NCBI GenBank assembly: GCA_044892505.1
Contig: CM097883.1
Span: 172,670,001 to 172,734,000 of the forward strand
Source: Schmidtea nova
Taxonomy: Eukaryota
DNA: 64,000 nucleotides
Direction of reading: 5' to 3'
Every line of letters starts with the position of its first letter. Positions within the stretch are counted from its first letter, which is position 1. The notes below the pieces were generated by a model. That model saw nothing but the letters and a program-made list of their open reading frames with translations, was not told the origin of the DNA and did not search any database. A program made the position numbers and the translations under genes. This document shows, one piece after another, positions 50,501-57,548 of the stretch.

Positions 50501-51977
50501 GCTGGTGGAAGCATTGAAGTATGGACAATTCTTCAGACAAGCAGTGTATCAAGACCAACGAATGAAACAGATGCAAACGCGAATAAGAAGCAAAGTAGTG
50601 TTGTTCAATGCAAAAGCCGAGTACCAAGAGAGATTAGACGCAATCGTAGCAAAAGCACAAGAAAGATTATCGGAATTCAAGGAGAATAAAAACTCGTTGG
50701 AGATACTAGGAGCGATTACAGAAAAAGTGCACAGATATGCACAAGGGGATTATAACGAGAGCGACATAGAAACGATCAAAAATCAAATGCCAGTGGCATT
50801 CCTATTATCAAAGGATGGGAGATTGCCGATACACTGGGCATTACGCCGAAAGAAAGAAAACGAAGTGCTAGAAATAACGAAAGCAATGGTCAAGTGCGAA
50901 GCAGACATGAATACGGTTGACGATAATGGAGACACAATCATGATAATCGCAGCAAGAAAGAAGACGAAATTGAAAGTACTAAACGAGTTATACGAAGTAG
51001 GAGCAAAAATCGAAGGGAAAAATGGAAAGAATAATTCCATCATAGATATCGCAATACAGTGGAACAACTTCGAGATGATCAAGTTCATAAAGTCCATCAA
51101 GAAACAGGGTGACATCGAATATCTGGCGAATAACGTAAAGAATTTCAGTCTAACTGTAATGATACACGACATAGAGAAAACGAGAGCATTACTAACATGG
51201 GTGAATCCGATCACCAAGGAACCAGCGTTCAAGATCAATGACCATATGGAACAGAATCAGAATTGGTGTATCAGAAGCGCGTTACTAAGACACAAAAAGC
51301 CAGGGATAGTAGAAGAATTCCTGAAGAGAAGGGATTTGAAATTTACGAACAATCCAAAAGAACAGGAACGAACGGGAAGATGGAAAGACTTGTTCAGAAA
51401 ATATGTGAATGAGTGGGCAAATGCCAAAGAAAAGATCAAGCAAAGTAGACTAGAGGACATAGAACCATCCAAAGATATGGAAATACGGGAATTCGAGTCT
51501 AGCACACTCGCGGTTCAAGCGTATGAAAGATTGATTAAAGAAATTAATGTCGAGGACGACATTTTCAAAGGACCAGGGGGTGGTTACAGAGACTTCGACA
51601 ACAAAAGTAACAACGAAAAGAACAACGAAGACATTGACAACAAAAGAACAGAGGATAATGAAAAAGAAAGACAAGAAGAACCAAAGCCAACGGAAAAAGA
51701 CAAGAAAGGGGAAGCCGAAGAACGAGAAAACAATGGAACAAAAGACGAACGTACAAACTATGGAAAACGAACAGGAAGTCTACTTTTGAGACCGGAAATG
51801 TTGTGTATTGCGATATTGATAACAATCATCGGACAAGGAGAAGCCAAGAAACAATACGTCACGCTAGAGATAATCAGAGGAAACGAAGTATACGAAAGAA
51901 TATGCTGGAAAGAAAACCTGAAGAAAAACGACACGCTGAAGTGTATATTGTCAGATCTGAAGCGAGACGTCATCTAA
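38532..51977 (+). CDS. 4,481-codon Gag-(accessory)-Env-Pol-ankyrin polyprotein
   Basis: Gag capsid-like about 38886-39357; three CCHC knuckles 39561-39713; AT-hook 43071-43094; signal peptide about 43725-43790; Cys-rich glycoprotein 43791-45460; TM 45464-45550; DTG 46170; RT YIDD 47385; RNase H TDAS about 47830; IN HHCC 48474-48600 and DDE core to about 48985; ankyrin repeats 49800-50100 and 50811-51095. First ATG is at 38844. Confidence 0.95.
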   Translation: MTEAERKAAKRTRTGNKPKQQKNKQVEISDNSSNKENQEETPEDPEVRNEVETIDSELVRENRTRSESRDNETESSEEEESNSETSGELEAKKTSTVFQDSGIGMSEHREDLREKFKGEPFNGDASRLDTFLKEFGIFVDICGWSAETLANRIPLYLKDSALDLYIEKRSGSNPPRTWEEIKEFFQQTFGINKVLNEAFDEFSARKQRRNESNAVYASELRKLAKLAFNRGSPVDEELMTALFVRGLRRPDIRAQVGCKGCKTVDEALEAANLFELHMAMNDMRITAVMGKTTEDEEQGKRNMNQSIPHSQRLFKEPPARKNNGYITVNTSGGNSYNDRQNRQCQTCGKNGHWQQDCFQNVACKLCGQKGHSENRCYGKTCYTCGKTGHMSKDCNQQRSWANSGNRPNYGNRPSYGNQGQQRNNPNSSANEASMKEAKLRQEVSRLHEIIESMAKGSQQAAQPKINMIQLIEAEAERENRESQQKHNQEWARIRREEEQVRQQRLQQLKNGNPRINMMRAMMEEKQQDESDELEVKEKRNEEQKKEEVNQEIETAEQSKKDEETEKEANQEEEVRIKQRGMIVIMPNDHWFRFKYDVKEEVGRLFKKVNEMIPGVMKLPREAFLQTEDLPEVKLKMTDIWEDMGVTETKINVMIIREVEPEKIPPPVKHQTRISRIFKGKIRRRRLEEIDELEKRMGKAEITGNENELIQEVSKNEARPTAHIGMLRHPRQELSDEEDDSEVSSLVGDMLKEPENEDKKMEVVETIETMSVKEEEIQKLMDNALEVIHNEEFIDGKRYRKFIRAVWQTKYKEWLQEREVRVIQEFIEKLLKEPLNEYVIQIWINECSPRIWIRNPMTDGIYRWVEDRLGSSYQDKFIYSENGLVKKGTHMIDTGIWPGEITTLSICNTKKEENLQGIVKEANTCYEMRIKPQLMEAKERILAENLNTMIEQIIQQIKKHRKELTKNEYENLKQCIENIRDTSQTRHSNFKTDKLIAKMGKEMFKRGEISDLMITVRLPNEETRQIEVIPDSKVGEIVDVINETILQREREDEFEDDIAIKYKEHLLNERDERRAYKIGIWDNFQTIHVIRMDDVPRATPRDEERKKKRQEDVMRKLRQIVEIYRNWQMKPEWETILGELDLNRRRLTPVEKQWDNKEKCWKVKRGVYEEDPEGEDRYERNTKRICMVTRRLLPTDLDGPETAVIWAELEKQKTSELIELLRGNTRGKRQTIKGLAQFIISNGEDITNLRKVTKAIAEYKRVNEWCPEQLDDVIKKWRNKEFAEETPQKIHLRIMYPNQRKEEFWVMLTEKVKSIKEKLMYELPFHLQHQGRSLDNKLEIWLTPVQLDLMNTLTVAQIVGQPLKFKEEKKAKGSMSTPSPMKSTMTPGISSGQARTTPIKTRERTPPEAYDVDEILTDSDEAIEELTKLTQKPTANIFDRIIEMPITSPAEIDDQGVEQEVVIEMVNDSEDEQEQPQFTQEMERWLEQRANEGRDVTEETGRATRFVETGTGMEKRPRGRPKIDPATTIPKTREERRQEQWEICLRKLDKIAEIRGKEENQVCQGEEWLTKTIMDVLAIIDPELKNLWRINEPSTKARMLHNAIAPIMPELIKAKTKSNHLDWQGTTMLIKRLLNGAETDSKYLVAISYTIYNLLTLSRGSPKSSPMGRHIKNTAMIIEKEIEPYILRKGGWEKFIKENQTKEGSNVMRKKLEGVLREMENRQTMQGNGRSTLNLNSIIMMMLVWLLSTESVTTFEVFDCDQMKLGEKYSLRGTEQCKDATPVELKEIKKEQWYHVYQEAELIKTMVNECKVQKTRFAFYCGRGHYSAIVMPGTEREPIVLQGEDCEALFKHGEVTTRDKIKIRGKPGMMLQQTYYVAGRITGGEGYCQGETYPIFGVPATNLVVMDTYIVELKSYEAFFEPTTGEMKTLSMCKIDRSMCQTGMSTLVYKPKVNECQLQLLQGAKFDEIQGKTFQEEDDDDKARAKHLKEALENKRQLRPDHKEKRIEMRTTPTVLITTNQDVGMRFIKGKATLKCSTTVYETNYPGIYVSKQEVPNAKPKIDTMDIKLHLYVNNKMDFLFHRGQASLQKVYYDLINNDCILNREILKTKLAVAITNPDSAMPLLPLREGHFGRVVGEAMYVYICEKTHASLAATTQLKPGQCTNELEIDYKGKVRYVQPVTRIINPPGFEPNPFNCSNAYGPLYQKPDGKWVMFPGRTEVLAPREFELMQLSKDRQFSDVDVSNNGIYSPKDLEAARQNILFPARREALLSNIVTITGGTNYREGPNYELLLSPAHFKKATENMMKAMWGRFLIFGQMMAGILGVILIIQIVRVIITQMLACFDIYKREKKVNWKMVVGFLPFLAKTMVLHGHSKDIHRIKRLLKILAKMKGTNEDVGRKFKKIMQDEQARRQLKKERKGLWERVRGYRTQDDSSNDDDDDDDRGGQANINQIPQYTEKSAVENWRYSAPPQSMYNEPIYKAKPNMMQMMPMTSIYPIIPEGCKVKRGKSVDSLEDTHTIAVMSTNMGPILTTTVEINGREIEAMIDTGANISAIDINYIPEKNQGEIEKTNVHVIACSQETVEVAGRWFVKIKHRGAEINTYIAVIPSLSVPCIIGTDLMPDLFKEIVIDLGAMKLKDRTGKICRMKVKVASAEQIVVPARHEMMCYVKIDSTIKGDMVFEPSKKFEAKKELPMARELVTINQEGEIPINLVNFDEEDKIIYENENLGKLTPMSEIEIPDKNEKSKDELPWKIDSVLLDERQKEQLQKLLMEYKDIFAASDLDLGTCDVTLHTIPLTDETPIALRPYKLAEAQKAVAEEEVQKMLEAEVIEPSCSPWQFPVVMVKKKDGTQRFCIDYRRLNAVTKRDTYPLPDINEMLLTLQGAAYFTSLDLKSGYWQIKMKDEDKEKTAFTIGRDLYQFKKMPFGLTNAPASFQRCMNFVTHGIKQCMVYIDDLLIYSATFEDHLQDIRNVFVKLRQWKLKLKPSKCDWAKEKVTFLGHIVSAKGKEPDPRNIEKVKECPPPKTVTQIQEFLGLCGYYRKFIKDYAGISKPMQELVRQDVSFVWGGEQQAAFETLRDKLITAPILVHPDFKKPFLLATDASGYAAGAVLGQFDEEGKERVIGYYSRTFRKHEKNYSVTEREAYAIILAIKHFKYLLWGHEIYITTDHQPLIWLGQHKESSSRLMRWAMQLQEYSPFIKFKAGKANANADCMSRFTFPELVNLNALKICALIAEDLDFSELRKDQLEDEELGLISKYLKESEIEIFGKNQTLREHMQKYQHRYVIEKGWLLIQDGERRLMCLPANRRKEIMTQYHDGKLGGHMSAKKTIGRLRQKYFWPTMEDDVKEWIKNCLTCATRKNVGTKWKTPLKPMPIPAEPMATIAMDVVGPLPESLKGNQYILVVTDYLTKFPEAFAIPDQKAKTVARILVEEICCRYGTPKKILTDQGTNFMSEILDEVTNYFRIAKLRTSPYHPQTNGQTERFNGTLIRMLSNYVSKHQTDWDEYINLCLMAYRMSIHAATKLSPFQLMYGRDCNLPIDLEYQPPLSQYMEVDDYVTKFKERMQEIWKTAELNIKFYQESYKDLHDQKRNVKAHDLKVGDWVIIETPEIIPGTVKKLQRPGKGPYEITTVNENNVRVRLVNNPLVRPIYVNACRCRKIPKTATLSPEKRVMTRSQTARINMLRVQQKPQPSLEDNRREAIDIKELAKRTREIIPEWRWWLDFNILSEVRKNVMEYAKDRTAHPITRTLLEEIPQTLNLQDKDGNTALHNAIKHSGNEKVKEIVEMILEGGGEIDKVNWEGITPLMMMTIHGRNDEIIKLFGNTRSNWLTKDKEGRTFLNHAIDRANHRILKYITENATWEIDELTRGSIMKQAIRVKNSKTWRILLKWKRPEGDSWVMDCNEVFIKGENALLKHLLEVTYDPKTLAVLIARDTLRVSENPREYKLEDRKKELFGLIKKWCDKQWNPDMSFEHFYDIQKQHKEISKRYKELVEALKYGQFFRQAVYQDQRMKQMQTRIRSKVVLFNAKAEYQERLDAIVAKAQERLSEFKENKNSLEILGAITEKVHRYAQGDYNESDIETIKNQMPVAFLLSKDGRLPIHWALRRKKENEVLEITKAMVKCEADMNTVDDNGDTIMIIAARKKTKLKVLNELYEVGAKIEGKNGKNNSIIDIAIQWNNFEMIKFIKSIKKQGDIEYLANNVKNFSLTVMIHDIEKTRALLTWVNPITKEPAFKINDHMEQNQNWCIRSALLRHKKPGIVEEFLKRRDLKFTNNPKEQERTGRWKDLFRKYVNEWANAKEKIKQSRLEDIEPSKDMEIREFESSTLAVQAYERLIKEINVEDDIFKGPGGGYRDFDNKSNNEKNNEDIDNKRTEDNEKERQEEPKPTEKDKKGEAEERENNGTKDERTNYGKRTGSLLLRPEMLCIAILITIIGQGEAKKQYVTLEIIRGNEVYERICWKENLKKNDTLKCILSDLKRDVI

Positions 51978-51986
51978 ATCAAAGGA

Positions 51987-53723
51987 TTGGAGAAAGAAAA
52001 GTCATACATAATATGCGCAATAAAGCAGAGAGGAGAACCAAAAGCACCTCAAGTAACTGCATGTCAATTATATAAAGCAACAGAAGCGCTGAAAATACAG
52101 AAATGGATTGAGAAAAGAAGCGAAGAGACAACGAGAAGAACAGAAGTGGAACCAGAGAAAGGGAAGAATCAAACCGAAGCAGAAGAGGGAATCAGAAACC
52201 GAACAGAGAAAGAAAGAATAACCAAAAATCCAGCGGGCAAATTAACATTCCAACCAGAATTGATATGTGTAGCATTAATATTAATCCTCATTAAGAGAAT
52301 CATGGAGGACATAGATATCAGCGTGATGACGTTAGTAAACATCCAAGATCAACGAACAACGAATGGAAGATGTTGGGGACGAAACAATGAGGTAATTGGA
52401 ATCAGCGAAACAAGAGAAATAGTAGAGGCGGAGACAAATGAGGAAATAGAGATAACTGAAATGGAGGCAGATAGAAAATGTGAACTATGTCTCATGGAAA
52501 AAGCAGCAAACGGAAACAGACCAGGAACAAGCGAGTGTAAAGTGTTCCAAGCAAAGGAGATAATTGAGTTCCCAAAAAGAAAGAAACAAGATCAAGAAAT
52601 GATTGCGAATGAAGTAGTAACAGTAGAGATGAAAAACATTGGTCGGAGAACAATTGGGATGTGTTGGAGAAAATACATCGGAGTATCGACCAACAACATA
52701 ATACCGCAATGTAGAACGAGAGAACGAGGAATCCCGTTTCAACTAAATGGATTCGAAGTCGGACAAGCATATGAAATTTGCGTAATCCGGAGAATAAGAG
52801 AAATAATACAAAGAAGCCTGGAGTGCAAACTGTACAAGACGCCAGAGCAAATTAACGGAACGAGAACGATTGAAATGGGAAGAAGTCGACAGAGGAAAAG
52901 AAAGTCAAGAAGAATCACGACAACCAACAGTCAAGGAACTCAACAGACAACAACAGAAGGGACGACAATAGAAAACGAACCGGAATCAACAACGTTGATA
53001 ATATGGAAGATCCATAAAAAAGTCCTAGAAATCTGTTGGACATTAATGCCAAACAGTATGGGAAAGTCCCCACGAAACTGTCAAAAGACATCAAATGATA
53101 AAGGAGAAATAATTGAAGTGGAAATGAGGAAGTTGAAAACAAACGCAGAATACGAAGTGTGTGCAATCGAAGAAGTAGATGCACAAGGAAATCCACAAGA
53201 AAGGTGCGAAACCTATTACACGCCAAGGAACATAACGATAAAAAGGGGAACCCACAAGTTAGTATTCCGAGAATTGAGTCAGAAAAGAGAACAAACAGAG
53301 ACGGAGGAAATACTACAAAATCAACAAGAAAGATGGGAACCCGAGAAAGTGATCGAAGAAGTCAGACAGAGACAACAACAATATGAACAATGGGAAGCAG
53401 AATGGAAAGGTCAATATGGCGTGATGACAAACCAAAGTGAAACTCCGAAGATGAGCATTGGGAAAACAATAATGGGATTAATCAGCATGGGAGTATTCAT
53501 AGGGTGTATACCACTGATAACGATCATGATAGTATGTTGGAGATATGGCATGAGAAATAAGACCATAGCAGTAAAATGGCCAGACGTAAAGGTCACGAAC
53601 TACAACATAAAACTACCAAAAGCAGTACGAGAAGAGCTGAGAAGACGATCAAAACATGAAGAGATGTGGGTACAGATCGAGGACGAGGAACTGTACGAAG
53701 GAAAACCAGTGGTGATTGTATAA
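51987..53723 (+). CDS. Membrane protein with FN3-like Cys-containing repeats; in frame with the polyprotein across a single TAA
   Basis: Repeated CW...L..L....Y.IC.I....C..Y.T pattern. Hydrophobic segments LICVALILILI and IMGLISMGVFIGCIPLITIMIVCW. 51987-38532 is a multiple of 3. Confidence 0.7.
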   Translation: MEKEKSYIICAIKQRGEPKAPQVTACQLYKATEALKIQKWIEKRSEETTRRTEVEPEKGKNQTEAEEGIRNRTEKERITKNPAGKLTFQPELICVALILILIKRIMEDIDISVMTLVNIQDQRTTNGRCWGRNNEVIGISETREIVEAETNEEIEITEMEADRKCELCLMEKAANGNRPGTSECKVFQAKEIIEFPKRKKQDQEMIANEVVTVEMKNIGRRTIGMCWRKYIGVSTNNIIPQCRTRERGIPFQLNGFEVGQAYEICVIRRIREIIQRSLECKLYKTPEQINGTRTIEMGRSRQRKRKSRRITTTNSQGTQQTTTEGTTIENEPESTTLIIWKIHKKVLEICWTLMPNSMGKSPRNCQKTSNDKGEIIEVEMRKLKTNAEYEVCAIEEVDAQGNPQERCETYYTPRNITIKRGTHKLVFRELSQKREQTETEEILQNQQERWEPEKVIEEVRQRQQQYEQWEAEWKGQYGVMTNQSETPKMSIGKTIMGLISMGVFIGCIPLITIMIVCWRYGMRNKTIAVKWPDVKVTNYNIKLPKAVREELRRRSKHEEMWVQIEDEELYEGKPVVIV

Positions 53724-53847
53724 AGGGTGGAATATGAGTGTAAATAATAGTGTAAAAAACCAATGCATAACCGTATACGTATGGGTATAAATATTATAAA
53801 ACATAAAAACAGAAAAAAGAGAATGATGTATATAATCTAGAAAAACG

Positions 53848-54198
53848 ATGAATCAAGAAACCACAGAGATGTCGATGATGACAAGATGGAAAGTACAATG
53901 TGACCTGCTAGCCAGAACAGTAAATGAATTACAGAGCCAGTTGACGGCAAAAACGCAATTATTAACCGAGAGTTATAACTGTAATTTTGAAGCGATGAAC
54001 AAAATCGAGATCCAACAAATACAGATAAACGAATTACAGAACGAGAATCGAACATTAAATGAAGTAAACAATTGGCAAGCAGAGGAAATTGACCGATTAA
54101 CGAGACATGAAGAAGAAGAGATACCGGATAGTTGGACGAGCTGGATTGTAAATGAGATAGACGTGTATCCAGAGCCAGATTCAACTGAGGATGTATAG
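53848..54198 (+). CDS. Small coiled-coil protein with acidic tail, unknown function
   Basis: 116-aa ATG ORF with heptad-like Q/E/L content, bounded by short intergenic spacers. Confidence 0.55.
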   Translation: MNQETTEMSMMTRWKVQCDLLARTVNELQSQLTAKTQLLTESYNCNFEAMNKIEIQQIQINELQNENRTLNEVNNWQAEEIDRLTRHEEEEIPDSWTSWIVNEIDVYPEPDSTEDV

Positions 54199-54287
54199 TG
54201 AATAAGCGGAAAATTGTGTAAATACGTGTAAATAAAGAACCAGAAAAATCAAAAATATGGGGAAATTGATGTAAATATTGTTGTAGA

Positions 54288-55700
54288 ATGAGAGCAGAAA
54301 GGGAAGCAGATTACCAAACGATCGAGATTCTAAGAAGAGAAAATCGACAATGGGGAGTAAATGTGACGTGTGTAAAGTGTAAAAATCTACTGTTAAAACC
54401 GAGACAAACGGAATGTGGATGCAGGATGTGCACCAAATGTATATTACAAATAATCAGTGAAAGTGAGACAAGAAAGTGTCCAGAGTGTGACGATAAACTA
54501 CTGATCAACGAGACGAAACCAGATAAAGCAATACAAAAGGAGATCTGGAAGATAAAAACAGAATGTATAAACCAACCATGTGAGTGGAAAGGTCAAATAA
54601 TCGAGCTAAGACAACATCTGGAGAAATGTGAAAACAAGAAAGCGATATGTGAAAAGTGTCAACAGACAATAACCATCAAGCAGTCGAAAGGTCACAAGAA
54701 TGAGTGCAAATCAGAGATAATAGAGTGTCAATACTGCGAACAAAGAGAGACGAGAGAAGTAATCGAAACAGAACATCTCAACGTAGCAGAAGAGAAAGTG
54801 TGCGGAAAATTCAGAGGAATTTGTCCAAGTAATTGTGGAACCGGAGAAGAAGTGATGTTGAGAGAACATTGGGAACAATGCGAATCAAGACCAAGAAAGT
54901 GCGTATGGAGTAAACAAGGATGCGTAGTAAAGAAAACAAGCAAAGAAATGAAAGAACATTTAGAAACAGAAACGGTACAACACGCCGAGATGTTAACAGC
55001 AAATTTGAACGGAATGGAACAAACCATACAGAAACTGGGAAAAGAAATTGAATCTCAGAGGATAATGACGGAGTTATTACTGGAAACGAGAGAGCAATTC
55101 GAGCTCACCAGAGAGAAAATGATGGAGAAAATCAAAGTCATAGAGACATTGGTAAAAGAAGTAAACGTGCGACATCAAATGTGGATACGAGATACAGAGG
55201 ATATCGAGAATTTACCTGTTGCACCATATGTATGGAAAATCAAGAACTTCAACGACAAGTTCGCAGCAGCAAAAGCAGGAAGTCAAGTGTCGGTAACAAG
55301 TCCACCATTCTATCTGTGGAAAAATGGATACAAAGTTCGAATGAGAATTTATCCAAATGGAGATGGATCAGGAAAGGAAACGCATGTGTCATTATTCTTT
55401 GCGTTGTGTAAAGGTGGTTACGACGACATATTAGAATGGCCACTAGAAACAAAGGCTATAATGAGAGTGAGAAACTCGAAAGAAACAATAGCGAGAGTAT
55501 TCAAAATTGATGGTAAGCACGAAGCTTACAAAAGACCAACCACAGAATGTTCATTAGCGACTGGAGAACCAAAATTCATACCACACCAAACAATGTGGGA
55601 GATGTTGTACGACGACAACCTATACGTAGAATTGGAAATCGAAAAGAAAGCAAGTACAACAGCGATGAACACGAAGTCAACGAAAGGATGGTTAGAGTAG
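54288..55700 (+). CDS. Full-length intronless TRAF-family protein (RING, TRAF zinc fingers, coiled coil, MATH)
   Basis: CVKCKNLLLKPRQTECGCRMCTKC..CPEC; CEWKG....LRQHLEKC; YVWKIKNF..SPPFY..GYKVRMRIYPNGDG.GKETHVSLFF..KGGYDDILEWP. Most like TRAF2/3/5. Confidence 0.93.
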   Translation: MRAEREADYQTIEILRRENRQWGVNVTCVKCKNLLLKPRQTECGCRMCTKCILQIISESETRKCPECDDKLLINETKPDKAIQKEIWKIKTECINQPCEWKGQIIELRQHLEKCENKKAICEKCQQTITIKQSKGHKNECKSEIIECQYCEQRETREVIETEHLNVAEEKVCGKFRGICPSNCGTGEEVMLREHWEQCESRPRKCVWSKQGCVVKKTSKEMKEHLETETVQHAEMLTANLNGMEQTIQKLGKEIESQRIMTELLLETREQFELTREKMMEKIKVIETLVKEVNVRHQMWIRDTEDIENLPVAPYVWKIKNFNDKFAAAKAGSQVSVTSPPFYLWKNGYKVRMRIYPNGDGSGKETHVSLFFALCKGGYDDILEWPLETKAIMRVRNSKETIARVFKIDGKHEAYKRPTTECSLATGEPKFIPHQTMWEMLYDDNLYVELEIEKKASTTAMNTKSTKGWLE

Positions 55701-55789
55701 TCAGAGTGAACGACCCTGTAAATAAAGTGTAAAAATCGACGACAACCATAAACGTATAGTATAACCAGTGTAAATTTGTAAATTGCAGA

Positions 55790-56950
55790 ATGGAAAACGC
55801 AAATGAATATGTAATCGAAGAGGAAACGAGAAACGAGATGTCAAACGAACAAGAAGCAATCGAAAGAGAAATCGAAAAGAGATGTAAAATGGAAGTGGAA
55901 CAAAGAACCAGAGAATTACACGAAGTGATGACAAACAATTTCTACGAGAAACTAGAATGCGAACGACAAATGGAGTTATATCAACTAGAACTCGAGGAAG
56001 TGAATAAAGAGATAGAAAAACTGACAGCCCAAATGGAGAAGCTAAAAGGAACGAATGTACGAAGTCGACAGAAGATAGAAGAGACCTATCAGCTGATGAG
56101 AAAACAAGCAGAACATTACAAAAACATGATGAAAATGCGAAGAGAAGAGAGGGAGAAACAAGAGGAAAAGATGGAGGTAAAAATACTAGCTATCAAGGCT
56201 CAAGCGAGACATTGGAAGATGGAGTCTAAACGAGTGTATAAAGAAGCCAAAGAGATAATCAGAAAGACAGCATACAGCGAAGATTGGAAACTGTATCAAG
56301 AGATAGACGAATTGAAAGAGGAATTGGAACAGAGAAAGCGACAAGAACAAGCAAACAAAGAATGGAGTCGAAAACGACAGCGATTTATTCGAGAACAAGC
56401 AAAGGAACTAAAGAAAACGCAATGGCAAATACAGATGATAAATGGAGAAATGCGAGGTATCAGACAGAAAGAGGAAGCGGAAAGACAAAAGTTGATCAGG
56501 GAAAAAGAAAGTCTGGAAAGAGATGTAAATGGTTATCAAGGGGTGGTGACCCAAAAGAAAATGGAGTTGAAAGCAGTAAAAGAAAGACATGCGGAATCAA
56601 ACCGAGCTTACGAGGAAAACATAACGAACTTGACGAAAGAAAACGAGGAGCTGAAACAACAAATAATAACCCTGAAAGCAGAGAAAGAAACCATAGAAGT
56701 ACAAACCGAACCTACAGAAGTAGAAGCCCTGAAGAGAAAAGTGGAAGAGATGGAAAGACAAATTGAAACTCTAAGCGAACAATCAGATTACATGGAGTAT
56801 CTGTTAGATGAAGAGATACAAATCTCTCGAACGTATCAAGACGAAATTGCAATGTGGAGAAGTAGAGTGGTGTGGTTACCGTTTATACCACCACCACCAA
56901 TGGAGCTCCAAGATGAAGGGTTCCATGAACCAGAGGAGACGGATGTGTAA
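55790..56950 (+). CDS. 386-aa long coiled-coil protein with a C-terminal PPPP motif
   Basis: Continuous E/K/Q/R-rich heptads; ATG ORF. Confidence 0.7.
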   Translation: MENANEYVIEEETRNEMSNEQEAIEREIEKRCKMEVEQRTRELHEVMTNNFYEKLECERQMELYQLELEEVNKEIEKLTAQMEKLKGTNVRSRQKIEETYQLMRKQAEHYKNMMKMRREEREKQEEKMEVKILAIKAQARHWKMESKRVYKEAKEIIRKTAYSEDWKLYQEIDELKEELEQRKRQEQANKEWSRKRQRFIREQAKELKKTQWQIQMINGEMRGIRQKEEAERQKLIREKESLERDVNGYQGVVTQKKMELKAVKERHAESNRAYEENITNLTKENEELKQQIITLKAEKETIEVQTEPTEVEALKRKVEEMERQIETLSEQSDYMEYLLDEEIQISRTYQDEIAMWRSRVVWLPFIPPPPMELQDEGFHEPEETDV

Positions 56951-57023
56951 AAAGAGGCGAAAAATCCGTGTGTAAAAATGTACAAATCGATGTAACAGGT
57001 ATTAATCAGTAGAATAATCAGAA

Positions 57024-57548
57024 ATGATCTGGCTCAAAACCCTATCAATCCTAACGATTATGTTAGCTACAACAATCATGAACCTTTCGACAACCGAAAT
57101 CCAAAGAACCCTGTCAAACGAGATATCCCAAGAGATTGAAAAACAACTAAACGAAGTCAGAGAAGACTTGAAACAATTAATACGACAAATGCGAATCAGT
57201 CATGATCATCGCAAACCCTTGCAAACCCTATTCAATCAAATTGAGAAGATCCGAGAAATCCATAAAACCTTTCAAGATCACCTAAAGCCAATCAAAGGTC
57301 AAACCCAAATCGAATCCGAAATCCGAAACAGATGGATCATCGTCGGAATAGTCACAATGACAATATTGACAATCATCCTGATCATCGTGATTACCTATAC
57401 CCTATATCGAATCAGAAGCCTCAAACAACAACAAACGATAATGTGTAGATGCGCTAAAAGAGAAGCAAAAACCCAACAAAGGATGAGAAGTCATCTACGA
57501 CAAATTCAAGCCCGATACGAAATGCAGTCAACAAGTGAAAGGACCTGA
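57024..57548 (+). CDS. Small type-I membrane protein (signal peptide, helical ectodomain, TM, basic tail)
   Basis: MIWLKTLSILTIMLATTIM signal-like N-terminus; WIIVGIVTMTILTIILIIVITYTLY TM segment. Confidence 0.7.
   Translation: MIWLKTLSILTIMLATTIMNLSTTEIQRTLSNEISQEIEKQLNEVREDLKQLIRQMRISHDHRKPLQTLFNQIEKIREIHKTFQDHLKPIKGQTQIESEIRNRWIIVGIVTMTILTIILIIVITYTLYRIRSLKQQQTIMCRCAKREAKTQQRMRSHLRQIQARYEMQSTSERT

Noticed and set aside
51975-51983. Programmed stop-codon readthrough
   Set aside because: TAA followed by ATC is a poor readthrough context and no stimulatory structure was seen. A copy-specific nonsense mutation is the simpler explanation, though not excluded.
38400-56600. Dozens of short minus-strand ORFs rich in Leu/Phe/Ser
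   Set aside because: Antisense shadows of the extremely A-rich plus-strand coding sequence; no motifs.
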